This document shows, piece by piece, positions 37,211 through 46,833 of a stretch of DNA of 49,365 nt (positions are counted from its first letter, which is position 1; each line of letters starts with the position of its first letter). Made by a program: the position numbers and the translations under genes. Origin of the DNA: a virus (lineage: Duplodnaviria; Caudoviricetes); IMG/VR virus record IMGVR_UViG_3300048848_000232, positions 1-49,365 of that record; one strand, given 5' to 3'. The notes beneath the pieces are model-generated. The model did no database searches and had not been told where the DNA came from. It saw only the letters and a program-made list of their open reading frames with translations.

Positions 37211-39332
37211 AAAGATCGCTGGGCTCGCCGCCCTCGCCGCGCTCACATTCTACGCTCCAGGGCTCGGCATCGCCTTGGCGGGCTCAGCGGGCTTTCTGGC
37301 GTCCGCCATCGGGGCCGCAATCGTTGTGGCGGGCACCTTTGCAATTCAGTCCCTTTTGTTGGGTGGCGGTCGCAACTCCGCCTCAATGGAAGCAGGTAAG
37401 ATCAACGTGCGGATTTCCGATCCGCCGCGGTGGTTGAACGCTGGCCGTGCGAGGTCTGGTGGCGGCGCCCTATTTGGTGAGTTCGATGCCAAAGGCCGGT
37501 TTTGGTACATCATCGTGAACAGCGACGAGATCGTGCACGCGCCATTCACGCATTTCCTCGACGACGAGCCGGTAACGATCGGCAGCGACCATTACGTGAC
37601 GCAGTTCGCGTTTCGCCTAAAAACCAACAAGGACAAGGACCCTGCGACAGTAGACGGTGAGGGTAAGGGATACGTACGGATATGGACTACCACGTACAGC
37701 GAGATGAACCCGGTTCCCCCAGGAATCGCAGAATTGACGGAAGCGCTGCCACAGTGGACCGCAACCGAGCATCTTCTTGTCGGTACGACCTACAGCGTGG
37801 TCTGCATGGACGCGCTGGACGTGGAGCATCGCTACAAGATATATCGCTGGCGTGGCCCATTCGGCTTAGGCGAGCCAGCGGTCAGTGTGCTTGGCGAGTG
37901 GGCCAATGCTTACGACCCGCGGGATCCGGCGCAAACCCTTGGCAACCGATCAACCTATAAGGCGACGCGCAACGCATCATTGATCTGGGCATGGTTCAGG
38001 ACGCATCCGTTCGGTCGCGGGAAGCCCGAGAGCAGCATCAATTGGCAAAAGGTGGGTGAGCAAGCTGATATCAGCGACGAGATCGTTACCGGCATCGAGG
38101 GAGACCAGCCGCGCTATGAGGCAGGCGTTTCGATACCCGATAGTAAGCGGCGGGTGGATGCTGAGGCGGATATTCTCAAAGCCTGCGATGGCCTGATATT
38201 CTTCGACGAGAACGGCAAATCGTGGATGCGAGTAGGGCACTGGTACGCGCCGACCCTGTCGTTCTCTCGCAACCGCGACGTCATGGCAGTATCTTCGATG
38301 GAGGCTCGCGACGGCGAAAGCGAGACGCAGGGAGTCATCGTGAAATACATGGAGCCCGCCGCTAACTATAGCGTCCAGCCATCAGCAGCATGGCTCAATC
38401 CGCTGTATTACGACCCGCTGACGACGCCCAAATTTCTGACTGTCGAGATCGAGGCGTGCCAAAACCATAACCAGGCTATGCGATTGGCCAAAGGCATCGG
38501 TATGCGATCGCAGCCGCGGCATAAGATTGTTCCGATCGTGAACCTCCGGGGGCTCCAGGCCCGGCACGAGCGTATCGTAGAGATCCGGTACGATAACGTG
38601 TTCGACGGTGTCTATGAGATACCCGCGCCCGTAGAATTGAGCGATGCAGGCATTTCAACGAGCTTCGGCGCCGTGCCGATCAGCCCAAGCCGCTGGACGC
38701 TGCTGGCAGGCGAGGAACAGCCCAAGCCGGTCGTAGATGGCACGGACGGGACGATCTCATATCCCGCCATCGTCGGCGAGAACGTCTATCTCTCGGATGG
38801 CGGTATCCGCATCGATTTCCCGGCACTGGCACGCGACGACGCGACCTATGTGGCCGAATACATCCTGACGTCGGCCATCACGGGAGACGATAGCGACCCC
38901 TGGACGTCAATGTCGGTCAACCAGACCACCGCAGCCAGCGCAGTCTTGCCGCAGGGCGAGAGTTACACCGCGCGCTATCGCTATGTGACGACAGCAGGGC
39001 GTGGGCCGGCGTTTGAGTATGCGGCGCTGTCGACCAACGCTGTCCTGCCGGCCGCAACGAACCTCACGGTCACGGGCGGTGTCGGGCAGGCAATCGTGAC
39101 GTGGAAGAACCCGAACGATCTGCGGTTCTTCTCGAGTGACGTCTACCGCGGGACAACGACCGTTTTCTCAGCGGCAACCAAGATCGTCGATAGCTATGGC
39201 GGCGGTGTCGGGCAGGTGCAGTCGATCACGGATACCGTTGCGGCGGGCACCTATCGCTATTGGGTAGTCGCCACCGATGGTGCGGCACTGGATGCAACCC
39301 CAACCGGGCCAGTCAGTGGAACTGTGACGTGA
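37197..39332 (+). CDS. Tail tip / host-specificity protein (J-like) with C-terminal FN3-like domain
   Basis: 711 aa; YDPRD...NASL; terminal TYRYWVVATD. Confidence 0.8.
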   Translation: MAVVKKIAGLAALAALTFYAPGLGIALAGSAGFLASAIGAAIVVAGTFAIQSLLLGGGRNSASMEAGKINVRISDPPRWLNAGRARSGGGALFGEFDAKGRFWYIIVNSDEIVHAPFTHFLDDEPVTIGSDHYVTQFAFRLKTNKDKDPATVDGEGKGYVRIWTTTYSEMNPVPPGIAELTEALPQWTATEHLLVGTTYSVVCMDALDVEHRYKIYRWRGPFGLGEPAVSVLGEWANAYDPRDPAQTLGNRSTYKATRNASLIWAWFRTHPFGRGKPESSINWQKVGEQADISDEIVTGIEGDQPRYEAGVSIPDSKRRVDAEADILKACDGLIFFDENGKSWMRVGHWYAPTLSFSRNRDVMAVSSMEARDGESETQGVIVKYMEPAANYSVQPSAAWLNPLYYDPLTTPKFLTVEIEACQNHNQAMRLAKGIGMRSQPRHKIVPIVNLRGLQARHERIVEIRYDNVFDGVYEIPAPVELSDAGISTSFGAVPISPSRWTLLAGEEQPKPVVDGTDGTISYPAIVGENVYLSDGGIRIDFPALARDDATYVAEYILTSAITGDDSDPWTSMSVNQTTAASAVLPQGESYTARYRYVTTAGRGPAFEYAALSTNAVLPAATNLTVTGGVGQAIVTWKNPNDLRFFSSDVYRGTTTVFSAATKIVDSYGGGVGQVQSITDTVAAGTYRYWVVATDGAALDATPTGPVSGTVT

Positions 39333-39478
39333 GCGTGATCAGCAACCCTGTCGTCGGCGCCATGATCCGCAAAGACGGGCAGCTACAGCCGGTCGAGGGC
39401 AGGGACCCAAGCGCGGAGTGGACATACCGCGCTGAAGAGCTGACCGATCTGGAAGAGGATGATCCGCCGCCTCCCTGA
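39329..39478 (+). CDS. Small tail-associated protein
   Basis: GTGA-coupled 49 aa ORF. Confidence 0.45.
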   Translation: MSVISNPVVGAMIRKDGQLQPVEGRDPSAEWTYRAEELTDLEEDDPPPP

Positions 39479-39561
39479 TCGCTTTTCGATTATTACGCGA
39501 AGCTTGTCTAATATTGCGCGTGAAGGTATGCCGTAGCAACATACTTTCAAAGGTAGTGCCT

Positions 39562-42516
39562 GTGAGCGCAGTAGACATCCTCCGTGACGCGCTATTCGGC
39601 AATCCGCCATCTCCTACGATGGAGCCGTCGCGCGAAGGGGTGCTGGCTGCTTTCACGGACCTTTATGCGCAGGCTGTAACGGCGCTTTACGCAGCCCAAT
39701 CTGGCGTAACACCTCTCCCCACAATCGCAGCCCGAGACACCTTCTACGCGACCCCTGCGAACCAGGGCAAACTGGTCTACGTCAACAACAACAACGGCAG
39801 CGCGACCGACCCTGCGAACGGGGTTTACGAATACGTCGGCGGGGCACGCCTCGCGCAGTCGTTCTACGCGGGACTGTTGGCGGTGGTGCAACCTTCCGTC
39901 GATAAGGCCCAAACCTTCGCCGGCTTCGACACCCTCGCCGCAGCCACGACCTTCGCACCGAAAATGGCAACCGGCGAGACGACGAAGGTACGCGAGACCG
40001 ACACCGGCACTCACGCGGCAGTCACTGGCGAGGTGCGCCTGGACGGAACGGCAGCGACGGCCGGCGACCTCATTCCGAACGAAGGCCGCTACACCAAGCA
40101 AGCAGGCGGCGCGATCTGGCGTACGGCGAGCAGTGAGCGGCAGCTTTCGGCAGCGCAAGCCGCCATTGCCACAGCGGCTGCGGGGAGCCTGTCCGCGTCA
40201 TCGGCAAAGGTAGATATCGCAGCGATAAAGGCGGACAGCAGCTATGCCGCCCTTGATAGCGGGAAACTAACGCCTCTCTTTTTCATGGCGTCAGGCACTC
40301 CGGCCACCTCCCCTGGCACGACTTCCTACGGACGCTGGCGCGCGTTCGACGTTGGTGTCGAGGTCCTAGCTGGCGCGATGATCGAAGGTATCGCGTTCGG
40401 TGCCATTGTCGGCGCCGCGGCTACCAAGGTACGCGTACGGCTCTACCGCACACCCTTGACCGACGCGGGTGTAAATCTCCAGCCGGGGCAGGCAAACGAT
40501 TTCCTCGCCGCAGACGTTCCGACACCCTTATCGAGCCTGAAGGCTCTGGATGGCGGTGCAAATGGGCTGATCGCAGGCGCGGCAGCGGAACGCGAAGTGG
40601 CGGCGATGCTTCCAAGCGCGGTTCGAACCGAGGCGGGCTACACGTACAAGGTCCGCGTAGAGGCGCTCGATGCAGCCGACGCCCTGACCTTTATCGGAAT
40701 GGGTAACAGGGCAACCACTGGCGAGACCCGCCAGCGTGCCGCGGGAGGTATGTTCAACACCTCAGGTGTGAACACCAACTACGCCCTCACCAACATTCTG
40801 CCGATTGGCCTAGTAGCACGCGTCGTGCAGTCTTCGACGACTGTTCAAGCCTCTACCGGTAGCCGGGCTGCTGCTCGGCAGGCGCAGTCCGATCGCCGCC
40901 TCAGCGCCATGCTTACCGGCAACCATGATCGGCTCGCCGCCCATGCGGGAATATTCCCACGGGTGCTGACGGATAGCGTCACCTTCTCGGGTGATTCGAA
41001 CATGGCGAACAATCAGGCCAGTGCCGGCAATCGCAGCTCTGACGTAGCGACGCGCTATATGACCGGGACGGTGTACAACATCGCCGTCAGCGGCTCCACG
41101 CCGCCTGAAATCAGGGCCGTGTTCGCAGCGCTGCCCGCTGACCGGCAGAACGATCCCGGCGTAACCAGCACCGGTTTCGGCAATGGCCTCGATGGCACCA
41201 CACGCGGCCTTCCCGAAAGTGCGCTCGTCGACATGCAGGCCATCAGGACCGCGGCGCCTGCCCGCATCATCCAGGGCAACTGGCGAGCAAGCGGGCTGGG
41301 CACGCGCGAGTGGGTTGCCTCGCGCAAGTTCAGTCGTCTGCAGAAAGCGGCGTTTGGCGGCTACTTCTTCGATGCGCTGCCGTTCCTGGTGAAGTTCGCA
41401 GGCGCCACGGCGGCAGAGGATGCGAATGCTCGCCTGGGCATTCCGCCGGCGTCGTTGTTTGTGGACGGATTGCATCAGGGCGACGCCGGTACCAGCATCG
41501 TGGGCCGTGAGGAGGCTTTGATGGTCCGAGCGCAAGGTATCGGTGCGCCGTACCTCCATAGTGACGAGTTCAATGCCACTAGCGATCTCGCGGGTGCGGC
41601 GGTCGGCTCTCTGCGCTTCATCGGCACCCCCGTTCGGTGGCGCATCATCGACGGCAATGACGAAGGGGCTTACCAGATAAACCCGTCGACCGGGGCGATC
41701 ACGGTCGCCGTGGCCGGGATTGCGGCCGACGTGACCGAACTGTTCGTCCAGGCAGACAGCACAAAGGGTGAAAGCAACGTTGCGCGGTGCGTCGTCTTCC
41801 GGGCGGGCGACGCGTCAAGCTTGGTTGTTCTCGCCGGCAACGGCGCGTCTGGCCTTTCCGCTTTCGAGATGGCGAACGCCACAGCATCGACCAAGCTGAC
41901 GATCGTTATCGCCGGCCGCATGATCGATGCCGAAGTCGCCGGCTATCTCAGCCAAAAGACGACCGCGAACACTGATCAGACGCTGGTGAACAAGAACGGC
42001 AAGCGATTTACCTTTACGCCGCGCAACATGGCTGGCGACTTACTTGGAACCGTCACCGGGCCGATCGCGGCCAATCCCTACGGCGACAACGTGTGGTTCA
42101 TGTGCGTCGATACCGCCACGGGCGTCGCGACGATCAAGGCGACAGTGAACGAAGAGACGGTTGTAATCGGAACGATAGCAGTTGCCGATGGGCTCATCGA
42201 TCTCAGCGGCACGTTCAACCTCTTCCGCTCCGGCAACACGCTTCAGGTGAAATTCGGTCACCGGATGACCTGGATCGCGCAGGGCCTCATCGACATCAAC
42301 GATCCTACGAAACGCGCTCTGTTCTACGACCCTGTGAGCAAGCTGCCGCGTGACCTGGGCGACGGCACGGTAGGCGGTATTCGTCCGCTGGTTTACCTCA
42401 AGGGTGGGCTTGGCAATCTCGGCACCGGACGTAACTTCGGGAACGGTGACGATCTGTTCGCAGCGCCCTACGTGCGTCTTCGTGAGCTTGGTTTTAGCAC
42501 GGGCGGCTTGGTGTGA
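39562..42516 (+). CDS. Tail spike / receptor-binding protein with SGNH hydrolase domain
   Basis: FSGDSN (block I), AVSG (II), DGLH (V); cadherin-like YQINPSTGAITV; beta-rich C-terminus. Confidence 0.8.
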   Translation: MSAVDILRDALFGNPPSPTMEPSREGVLAAFTDLYAQAVTALYAAQSGVTPLPTIAARDTFYATPANQGKLVYVNNNNGSATDPANGVYEYVGGARLAQSFYAGLLAVVQPSVDKAQTFAGFDTLAAATTFAPKMATGETTKVRETDTGTHAAVTGEVRLDGTAATAGDLIPNEGRYTKQAGGAIWRTASSERQLSAAQAAIATAAAGSLSASSAKVDIAAIKADSSYAALDSGKLTPLFFMASGTPATSPGTTSYGRWRAFDVGVEVLAGAMIEGIAFGAIVGAAATKVRVRLYRTPLTDAGVNLQPGQANDFLAADVPTPLSSLKALDGGANGLIAGAAAEREVAAMLPSAVRTEAGYTYKVRVEALDAADALTFIGMGNRATTGETRQRAAGGMFNTSGVNTNYALTNILPIGLVARVVQSSTTVQASTGSRAAARQAQSDRRLSAMLTGNHDRLAAHAGIFPRVLTDSVTFSGDSNMANNQASAGNRSSDVATRYMTGTVYNIAVSGSTPPEIRAVFAALPADRQNDPGVTSTGFGNGLDGTTRGLPESALVDMQAIRTAAPARIIQGNWRASGLGTREWVASRKFSRLQKAAFGGYFFDALPFLVKFAGATAAEDANARLGIPPASLFVDGLHQGDAGTSIVGREEALMVRAQGIGAPYLHSDEFNATSDLAGAAVGSLRFIGTPVRWRIIDGNDEGAYQINPSTGAITVAVAGIAADVTELFVQADSTKGESNVARCVVFRAGDASSLVVLAGNGASGLSAFEMANATASTKLTIVIAGRMIDAEVAGYLSQKTTANTDQTLVNKNGKRFTFTPRNMAGDLLGTVTGPIAANPYGDNVWFMCVDTATGVATIKATVNEETVVIGTIAVADGLIDLSGTFNLFRSGNTLQVKFGHRMTWIAQGLIDINDPTKRALFYDPVSKLPRDLGDGTVGGIRPLVYLKGGLGNLGTGRNFGNGDDLFAAPYVRLRELGFSTGGLV

Positions 42517-42575
42517 TCTTGCCCCGCCTCGGTAGCCCCATGACCCTCGCCGCAACCGCCGCGCAGGAGGTGTAG

Positions 42576-43046
42576 ATGCCTGGATCCGCCGCAAACATTG
42601 AAGACGCACTGCACCCGCGCCTAGCCGGGTCAACGGAGGCTATGACGCTACAGGTGCTTGCCCAGATCCGTGACAGCCTGACTGGGCTTACCCGTGATGT
42701 TCGCTCGGCCAAGGAAGCGACTTCCGATGTTCGCGAGCGCGTCATCCGGCTGGAGGAAAATAACCGCCGCTTGGACGACGTTGAAGCCGATCTGAAGGCT
42801 GTCGACGTGAAGGTCGGCATCCTGATGCGCGACAAGGACAACCGCGACGGCGCCAACGGGTTCCTGAGCAAGGTCCCGACATGGCTGTCCTTCGTGATCG
42901 CCCTCTGTAGCGCCCTGACCGCAATCTATCTGTTCGGGCGACAGACAGGGTTTGTGCCGTCGCCGCCCGTCACAGCCGCTCGCGTCGAGGCCACTATCCA
43001 GCCTGACGAACGCCGCATTGAAGGCGCCGTGGGAGGTAAGCCATGA
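42576..43046 (+). CDS. Coiled-coil plus TM lysis-cassette protein (holin/antiholin-like)
   Basis: AGGAGG RBS; one TM; directly upstream of the endolysin. Confidence 0.6.
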   Translation: MPGSAANIEDALHPRLAGSTEAMTLQVLAQIRDSLTGLTRDVRSAKEATSDVRERVIRLEENNRRLDDVEADLKAVDVKVGILMRDKDNRDGANGFLSKVPTWLSFVIALCSALTAIYLFGRQTGFVPSPPVTAARVEATIQPDERRIEGAVGGKP

Positions 43047-43624
43047 TCGACGCCAAGAAGCTGCAACGCGCGCTAGGCCTTGTCGATGACGGCGCAATCG
43101 GCCGCGACACCTGCCGCGCCCTGTTCGCCCGGTTCGGTGCCGCACCAACGATCGCATCCGAACTCGGCATGGCGGCGAACGTCCATCTGCGCACCTACGG
43201 CATCCTCGACACGCCACTACGGCTTGCACACTTCATGGCCCAGGTCGCGCACGAGAGCGGCGGGTTCCGGTACATGGAAGAGATCGCGAGCGGGCAGGCA
43301 TACGAAGGGCGCGCGGATCTCGGCAACACGCAGGCCGGCGACGGCAAGCGGTACAAGGGCCGCGGCCCGATCCAGGAAACGGGACGCGCCAACTATCGCC
43401 GCGATGGACAGACGCTCGGAATCGACTTCGAAAGCCATCCCGAGATCGTTGCGCTGCCATCGATCGGGCTGCTGGTCGCGTGCCTTTACTGGTCTCGGAA
43501 CGGCATCAACGCGCTGGCGGATGCTGACGACGTGCTGGCCGTGACGCGGAAAATCAACGGCGGAACGAACGGGCTAGACGAGCGCAAGGCGTATCTCGTG
43601 AAAGCGAAAGGACTGCTCGCATGA
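43043..43624 (+). CDS. GH19 endolysin
   Basis: HFMAQVAHESGGF, YKGRGPIQ.TGRANY, TRKINGGTNGL. Confidence 0.92.
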   Translation: MIDAKKLQRALGLVDDGAIGRDTCRALFARFGAAPTIASELGMAANVHLRTYGILDTPLRLAHFMAQVAHESGGFRYMEEIASGQAYEGRADLGNTQAGDGKRYKGRGPIQETGRANYRRDGQTLGIDFESHPEIVALPSIGLLVACLYWSRNGINALADADDVLAVTRKINGGTNGLDERKAYLVKAKGLLA

Positions 43625-43974
43625 CGACTTCCAACCCCGACCGCTTCCGCAACCTGCTGGCGTTCTTCCTGATCAGTGCGTTCGTGTCCGCGCTGCCGGC
43701 CCTGATCTTCAAGGACATCCCCGACAAGAACAAGGACATCATCACCTACATGGTCGGGCAGCTATCCGGCATGGCGACGATGGCGCTCGGGTTCTACTTC
43801 ACGAACAAGATGGGACAGGACGCGCTCGACACGAAGCGCGCGGAGAACACCGGCAAGCTGGCGGATGCAGTGGTCGCCGCTGCCAGCTCAACGCCAAGCG
43901 CGGACAACGCCAGCAAGGCTGCGGACGCGGTAGCTGATGCCGCGGTGGAACGCGCTGATGAGATCAAGCGCTAA
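43621..43974 (+). CDS. Holin (two TM)
   Basis: Two hydrophobic helices ending GFYF; coupled to the endolysin. Confidence 0.7.
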   Translation: MTTSNPDRFRNLLAFFLISAFVSALPALIFKDIPDKNKDIITYMVGQLSGMATMALGFYFTNKMGQDALDTKRAENTGKLADAVVAAASSTPSADNASKAADAVADAAVERADEIKR

Positions 43975-44375
43975 TGCCCCTCATTATCCTCACCCTTCTC
44001 CAGCGCACAGGCATCCCCGCCCGATTCACCAAGGCGCTCGCATGGCTCCTGTTCGCGCTGATCGTCGTGGGGCTCTACTGGGCTGCTCTGGCGGCGTTTC
44101 GTGGCTGGGTGGTGGACGGGAAGGAGGAAGCGGTCGCGATCGATCGCAGCGACATCGTTGCCGAGGCTTCCAACCGGGTCATTAACGCCACCAGTGCTGC
44201 GACCGCGAACCAGATGGCGCGCGATGATGCTTTCGATAACAGCCAAGAGGAATTGCAGCATGAAGCCGACACGAAGAGCGATGCGTCTAGCGTTGGCCCT
44301 GGGGTGCAGTCTGTCCTTGATCGGATGCGCGAGCAACAAGCAGCCGGTCGTCGTGGTGCGAACGCCTCCCGCTGA
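43974..44375 (+). CDS. Inner-membrane spanin (Rz-like)
   Basis: N-terminal TM plus periplasmic helix. Confidence 0.75.
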   Translation: MPLIILTLLQRTGIPARFTKALAWLLFALIVVGLYWAALAAFRGWVVDGKEEAVAIDRSDIVAEASNRVINATSAATANQMARDDAFDNSQEELQHEADTKSDASSVGPGVQSVLDRMREQQAAGRRGANASR

Positions 44376-44529
44376 ACGGCTGACGTGCAAGGCCGAGCCT
44401 GCGGTGCCTGCGACTGCTACAGATGCGAGTGTCGCCGGGTATATCGTTGACCTTGCCGGGGCGGGGCAGGACTGTAGATCGGCGCTGGGCTGGATCCGCG
44501 ATTGGAGCGCTGAGGTGTCTAAGCCCTAA
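44281..44529 (+). CDS. Outer-membrane spanin lipoprotein (Rz1-like)
   Basis: MRLALALGCSLSLIG-C lipobox, Pro-rich, overlaps Rz out of frame. Confidence 0.8.
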   Translation: MRLALALGCSLSLIGCASNKQPVVVVRTPPAERLTCKAEPAVPATATDASVAGYIVDLAGAGQDCRSALGWIRDWSAEVSKP

Positions 44530-44849
44530 CCCCGCGCAATCCGTATCATCCTCTTACGCTGACGATCGTCGGCATTGAGGAACGGCAGCATCGGAATACC
44601 AGCCGGGACACGCGGGCTATGCTCGATCTGCACCACCATGCCCTTCCGCCCGCATCGGCATTTCAGCATCAGTGCGAGGCGATCAATCGGCATCCAGCCG
44701 CGGACAGCCTTGATACCTTCGCCTGGATGCGTGAAGTCCCGCGCGCCCTTCCACACTTGCCGGCCGCACTGGCATGTCACCAGCAGGACGGCTCCGTGTT
44801 TCGCGCAGTCGGACAGGGTGTTGAGGCTCTTGTAACTCACCCGCTGCAT
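44526..44849 (-). CDS. Zn-ribbon-like protein, probably SOS-regulated
   Basis: CQCG...CRCG; LexA box abuts the start. Confidence 0.7.
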   Translation of the reverse strand: MQRVSYKSLNTLSDCAKHGAVLLVTCQCGRQVWKGARDFTHPGEGIKAVRGWMPIDRLALMLKCRCGRKGMVVQIEHSPRVPAGIPMLPFLNADDRQRKRMIRIARG

Positions 44850-44851
44850 TA

Positions 44852-44866
44852 GAACAGGACGGGAAC
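44852..44866 (-). promoter_or_regulatory. Alphaproteobacterial LexA (SOS) box
   Basis: GAAC-AGGACGG-GAAC (GTTC-N7-GTTC on the coding strand), 2 nt from the ATG. Confidence 0.75.
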
Positions 44867-44873
44867 GATTCGG

Positions 44874-45023
44874 CTAGTCCCCGATGTCGCGACGTTCCAT
44901 TTCGCCCGCGATGATGTCGGCTTCCTCGCTCTCGACCGCGGCAGCGTTATAGGCGCGCGCGACCTCCTGCTCGGTCATGGCTGCGAGGCGGGTCTCTAGG
45001 GCAACGCGGTCGGCTTCGGTCAT
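44874..45023 (-). CDS. Small acidic protein (49 aa)
   Basis: MTEADRVALETRLAAM...ERRDIGD with GAGG RBS. Confidence 0.55.
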   Translation of the reverse strand: MTEADRVALETRLAAMTEQEVARAYNAAAVESEEADIIAGEMERRDIGD

Positions 45024-45163
45024 CCCCCATCCTCACCCATCGCGCTTCGATTGCAACCCGATTCGCGCGGTGGTAGAAGAGGGTGCACAGACTAGGTTTC
45101 GCGTCGCTCCGATGGCGTGGCTCCGGTCCGGGGGTTGGTGTTCGTAGAGCGCCGCCCCGCTGG

Positions 45164-45373
45164 CTACGGGGCGCGGTTTGGCTGAGGCTTGGTCGGTGAT
45201 GCGGATAGGCCGCCCTTGATCTGTCGGACGAAAAACGAGCGCCCGCCCTTCGTCGAGAAGGCCCAGCCCCAGCCGATCCGTTCCGGGTGCCGCGCGAAGG
45301 TCTCGCGGCTTTTCATCACGAGAACCAAGACATCGGCCATCTCGTCCGGCTCGGCGTTGATTATGATCTTCAC
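45164..45373 (-). CDS. Hypothetical protein
   Basis: 69 aa, coupled. Confidence 0.6.
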   Translation of the reverse strand: MKIIINAEPDEMADVLVLVMKSRETFARHPERIGWGWAFSTKGGRSFFVRQIKGGLSASPTKPQPNRAP

Positions 45374-45645
45374 CCCTCCGATCCTTTCGACAGAGCGAGG
45401 GCGTGACGGGCGCGGAGTTGGGTTGCCGTGTTGGATCGCCGCTCAGCCATCGTCCAGTCCTGCGCGCGATACGTCACCTCTGACCCATCGGCCCGAGTGT
45501 AAATGACCTTGCTACCGGCATTGTTCGCCCGAACCGCCACGAAACGATCACACGGCTCGAACAGCGCGATCTCGACTAGCACGTCCAGCGCATTGTCGGA
45601 TCGTTCAGCGCTCGCCACTTTTCCCGCCAGTTCCATGTCCCTCAT
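45370..45645 (-). CDS. Hypothetical protein
   Basis: 91 aa, coupled. Confidence 0.65.
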   Translation of the reverse strand: MRDMELAGKVASAERSDNALDVLVEIALFEPCDRFVAVRANNAGSKVIYTRADGSEVTYRAQDWTMAERRSNTATQLRARHALALSKGSEG

Positions 45646-45992
45646 CCCTCCCCCCGCTCAAGGAGACGCGCGGAATCACGGTAAGCGGCCAACGCAGCCT
45701 GAAACTGCGGTGTGTCGTCGTAGCTACCCTTGGCGTAAGACATGTTGCCCCAACCGCTATCAGGTGGCGTCATGGCCCTCTGTTGCGCGTGCATGATCGC
45801 GCGGACGGCCAGCACGTCGGCATCTGGATCGGGTTTCAGCAATCCAAGGCCAGCGATCACGGCGGGAACGACATACCGGTACGCATCCCAGCGACGCCCG
45901 CCAAGGAACTCCATCTTGTTGCCGTCGCGGTCAGCAAGGCGCTCGGCAAATCCCTTCGCCTCGTCCAGCGACATCGGTTTGATCTCACTCAT
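45642..45992 (-). CDS. Hypothetical protein
   Basis: 116 aa, coupled. Confidence 0.65.
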   Translation of the reverse strand: MSEIKPMSLDEAKGFAERLADRDGNKMEFLGGRRWDAYRYVVPAVIAGLGLLKPDPDADVLAVRAIMHAQQRAMTPPDSGWGNMSYAKGSYDDTPQFQAALAAYRDSARLLERGEG

Positions 45993-46029
45993 GCCTTATC
46001 TCGCTGTTCGAGGGATGCGGGGGTGGGGG

Positions 46030-46833
46030 TCATGCTGCAAGAACTCCTTGAGCGACACGCGAGCGGGCGGCGTCGACATATGCGGGGTTCAGGTCGATCA
46101 ATGTCGCGGACCTCCCCATGAACTGCGCTACATCCGCAACAGTACCCGAGCCCCCAAACGGATCGATCACCGTTCCGCCAGGTATGCAGCCCGCACCTAT
46201 GCAGCGACGGGCAAGCTCTTTCGGGAACGGGGCGACGTGGCCGCGTTGAGCGCGCTCCGGTTCAATGTGCCAGACGCTTTCCTCCGGCAACGCGGACCGG
46301 TCGAACCAATAGCGCCGGGACTTCGACAGCAAGAATATCGTCTCGTGCTGGCGGTATGGGCGATCCTTCACGCTCGGCTCTACGAATGCAGACGAGCGCA
46401 CCCAAATGATCTCTTGCCGGATCGTCCAACCGTCTGCCTGCAACGCGTGTGCGAGCAACCACGGGACGCCCATCAGCGACTTTTTCGGAAGCCCCATACC
46501 GGGAGTATCAAGCCAACGCTTCGTCTTGCGCATCCAGTCACGGTTCGGACTGCGCGGATCGGACCCGCATGGCTGGCCGTTGCCGCTATAGACGCTATCA
46601 CCAATGTTCAGCCAAAACGTGCCATCGTCGGCAAGGACACGGCGGACCTCGCGAAACACGTCCACCAAGGCGGCGATGAATAACTCGGGAGATGCTTCAA
46701 GCCCTATCTGCCCCTCAACGCCATAGTCACGCTGGTTGAAGTATGGTGGCGACGTTACGCAGCAATTGAACGTGCAATCGGGCAAGCTTCGAAGGACCGC
46801 CAGCGCGTCGCCCTGAAGGATGCGCGCACTCAT
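46030..46833 (-). CDS. DNA amino-methyltransferase (beta class, probably N4-cytosine)
   Basis: TSPPY before DPFGGSGT; HVAPFP. Confidence 0.9.
   Translation of the reverse strand: MSARILQGDALAVLRSLPDCTFNCCVTSPPYFNQRDYGVEGQIGLEASPELFIAALVDVFREVRRVLADDGTFWLNIGDSVYSGNGQPCGSDPRSPNRDWMRKTKRWLDTPGMGLPKKSLMGVPWLLAHALQADGWTIRQEIIWVRSSAFVEPSVKDRPYRQHETIFLLSKSRRYWFDRSALPEESVWHIEPERAQRGHVAPFPKELARRCIGAGCIPGGTVIDPFGGSGTVADVAQFMGRSATLIDLNPAYVDAARSRVAQGVLAA

Noticed and set aside
12690-46833. Restriction-modification system
   Set aside because: Neither methyltransferase has a recognisable adjacent endonuclease; both look like orphan phage MTases
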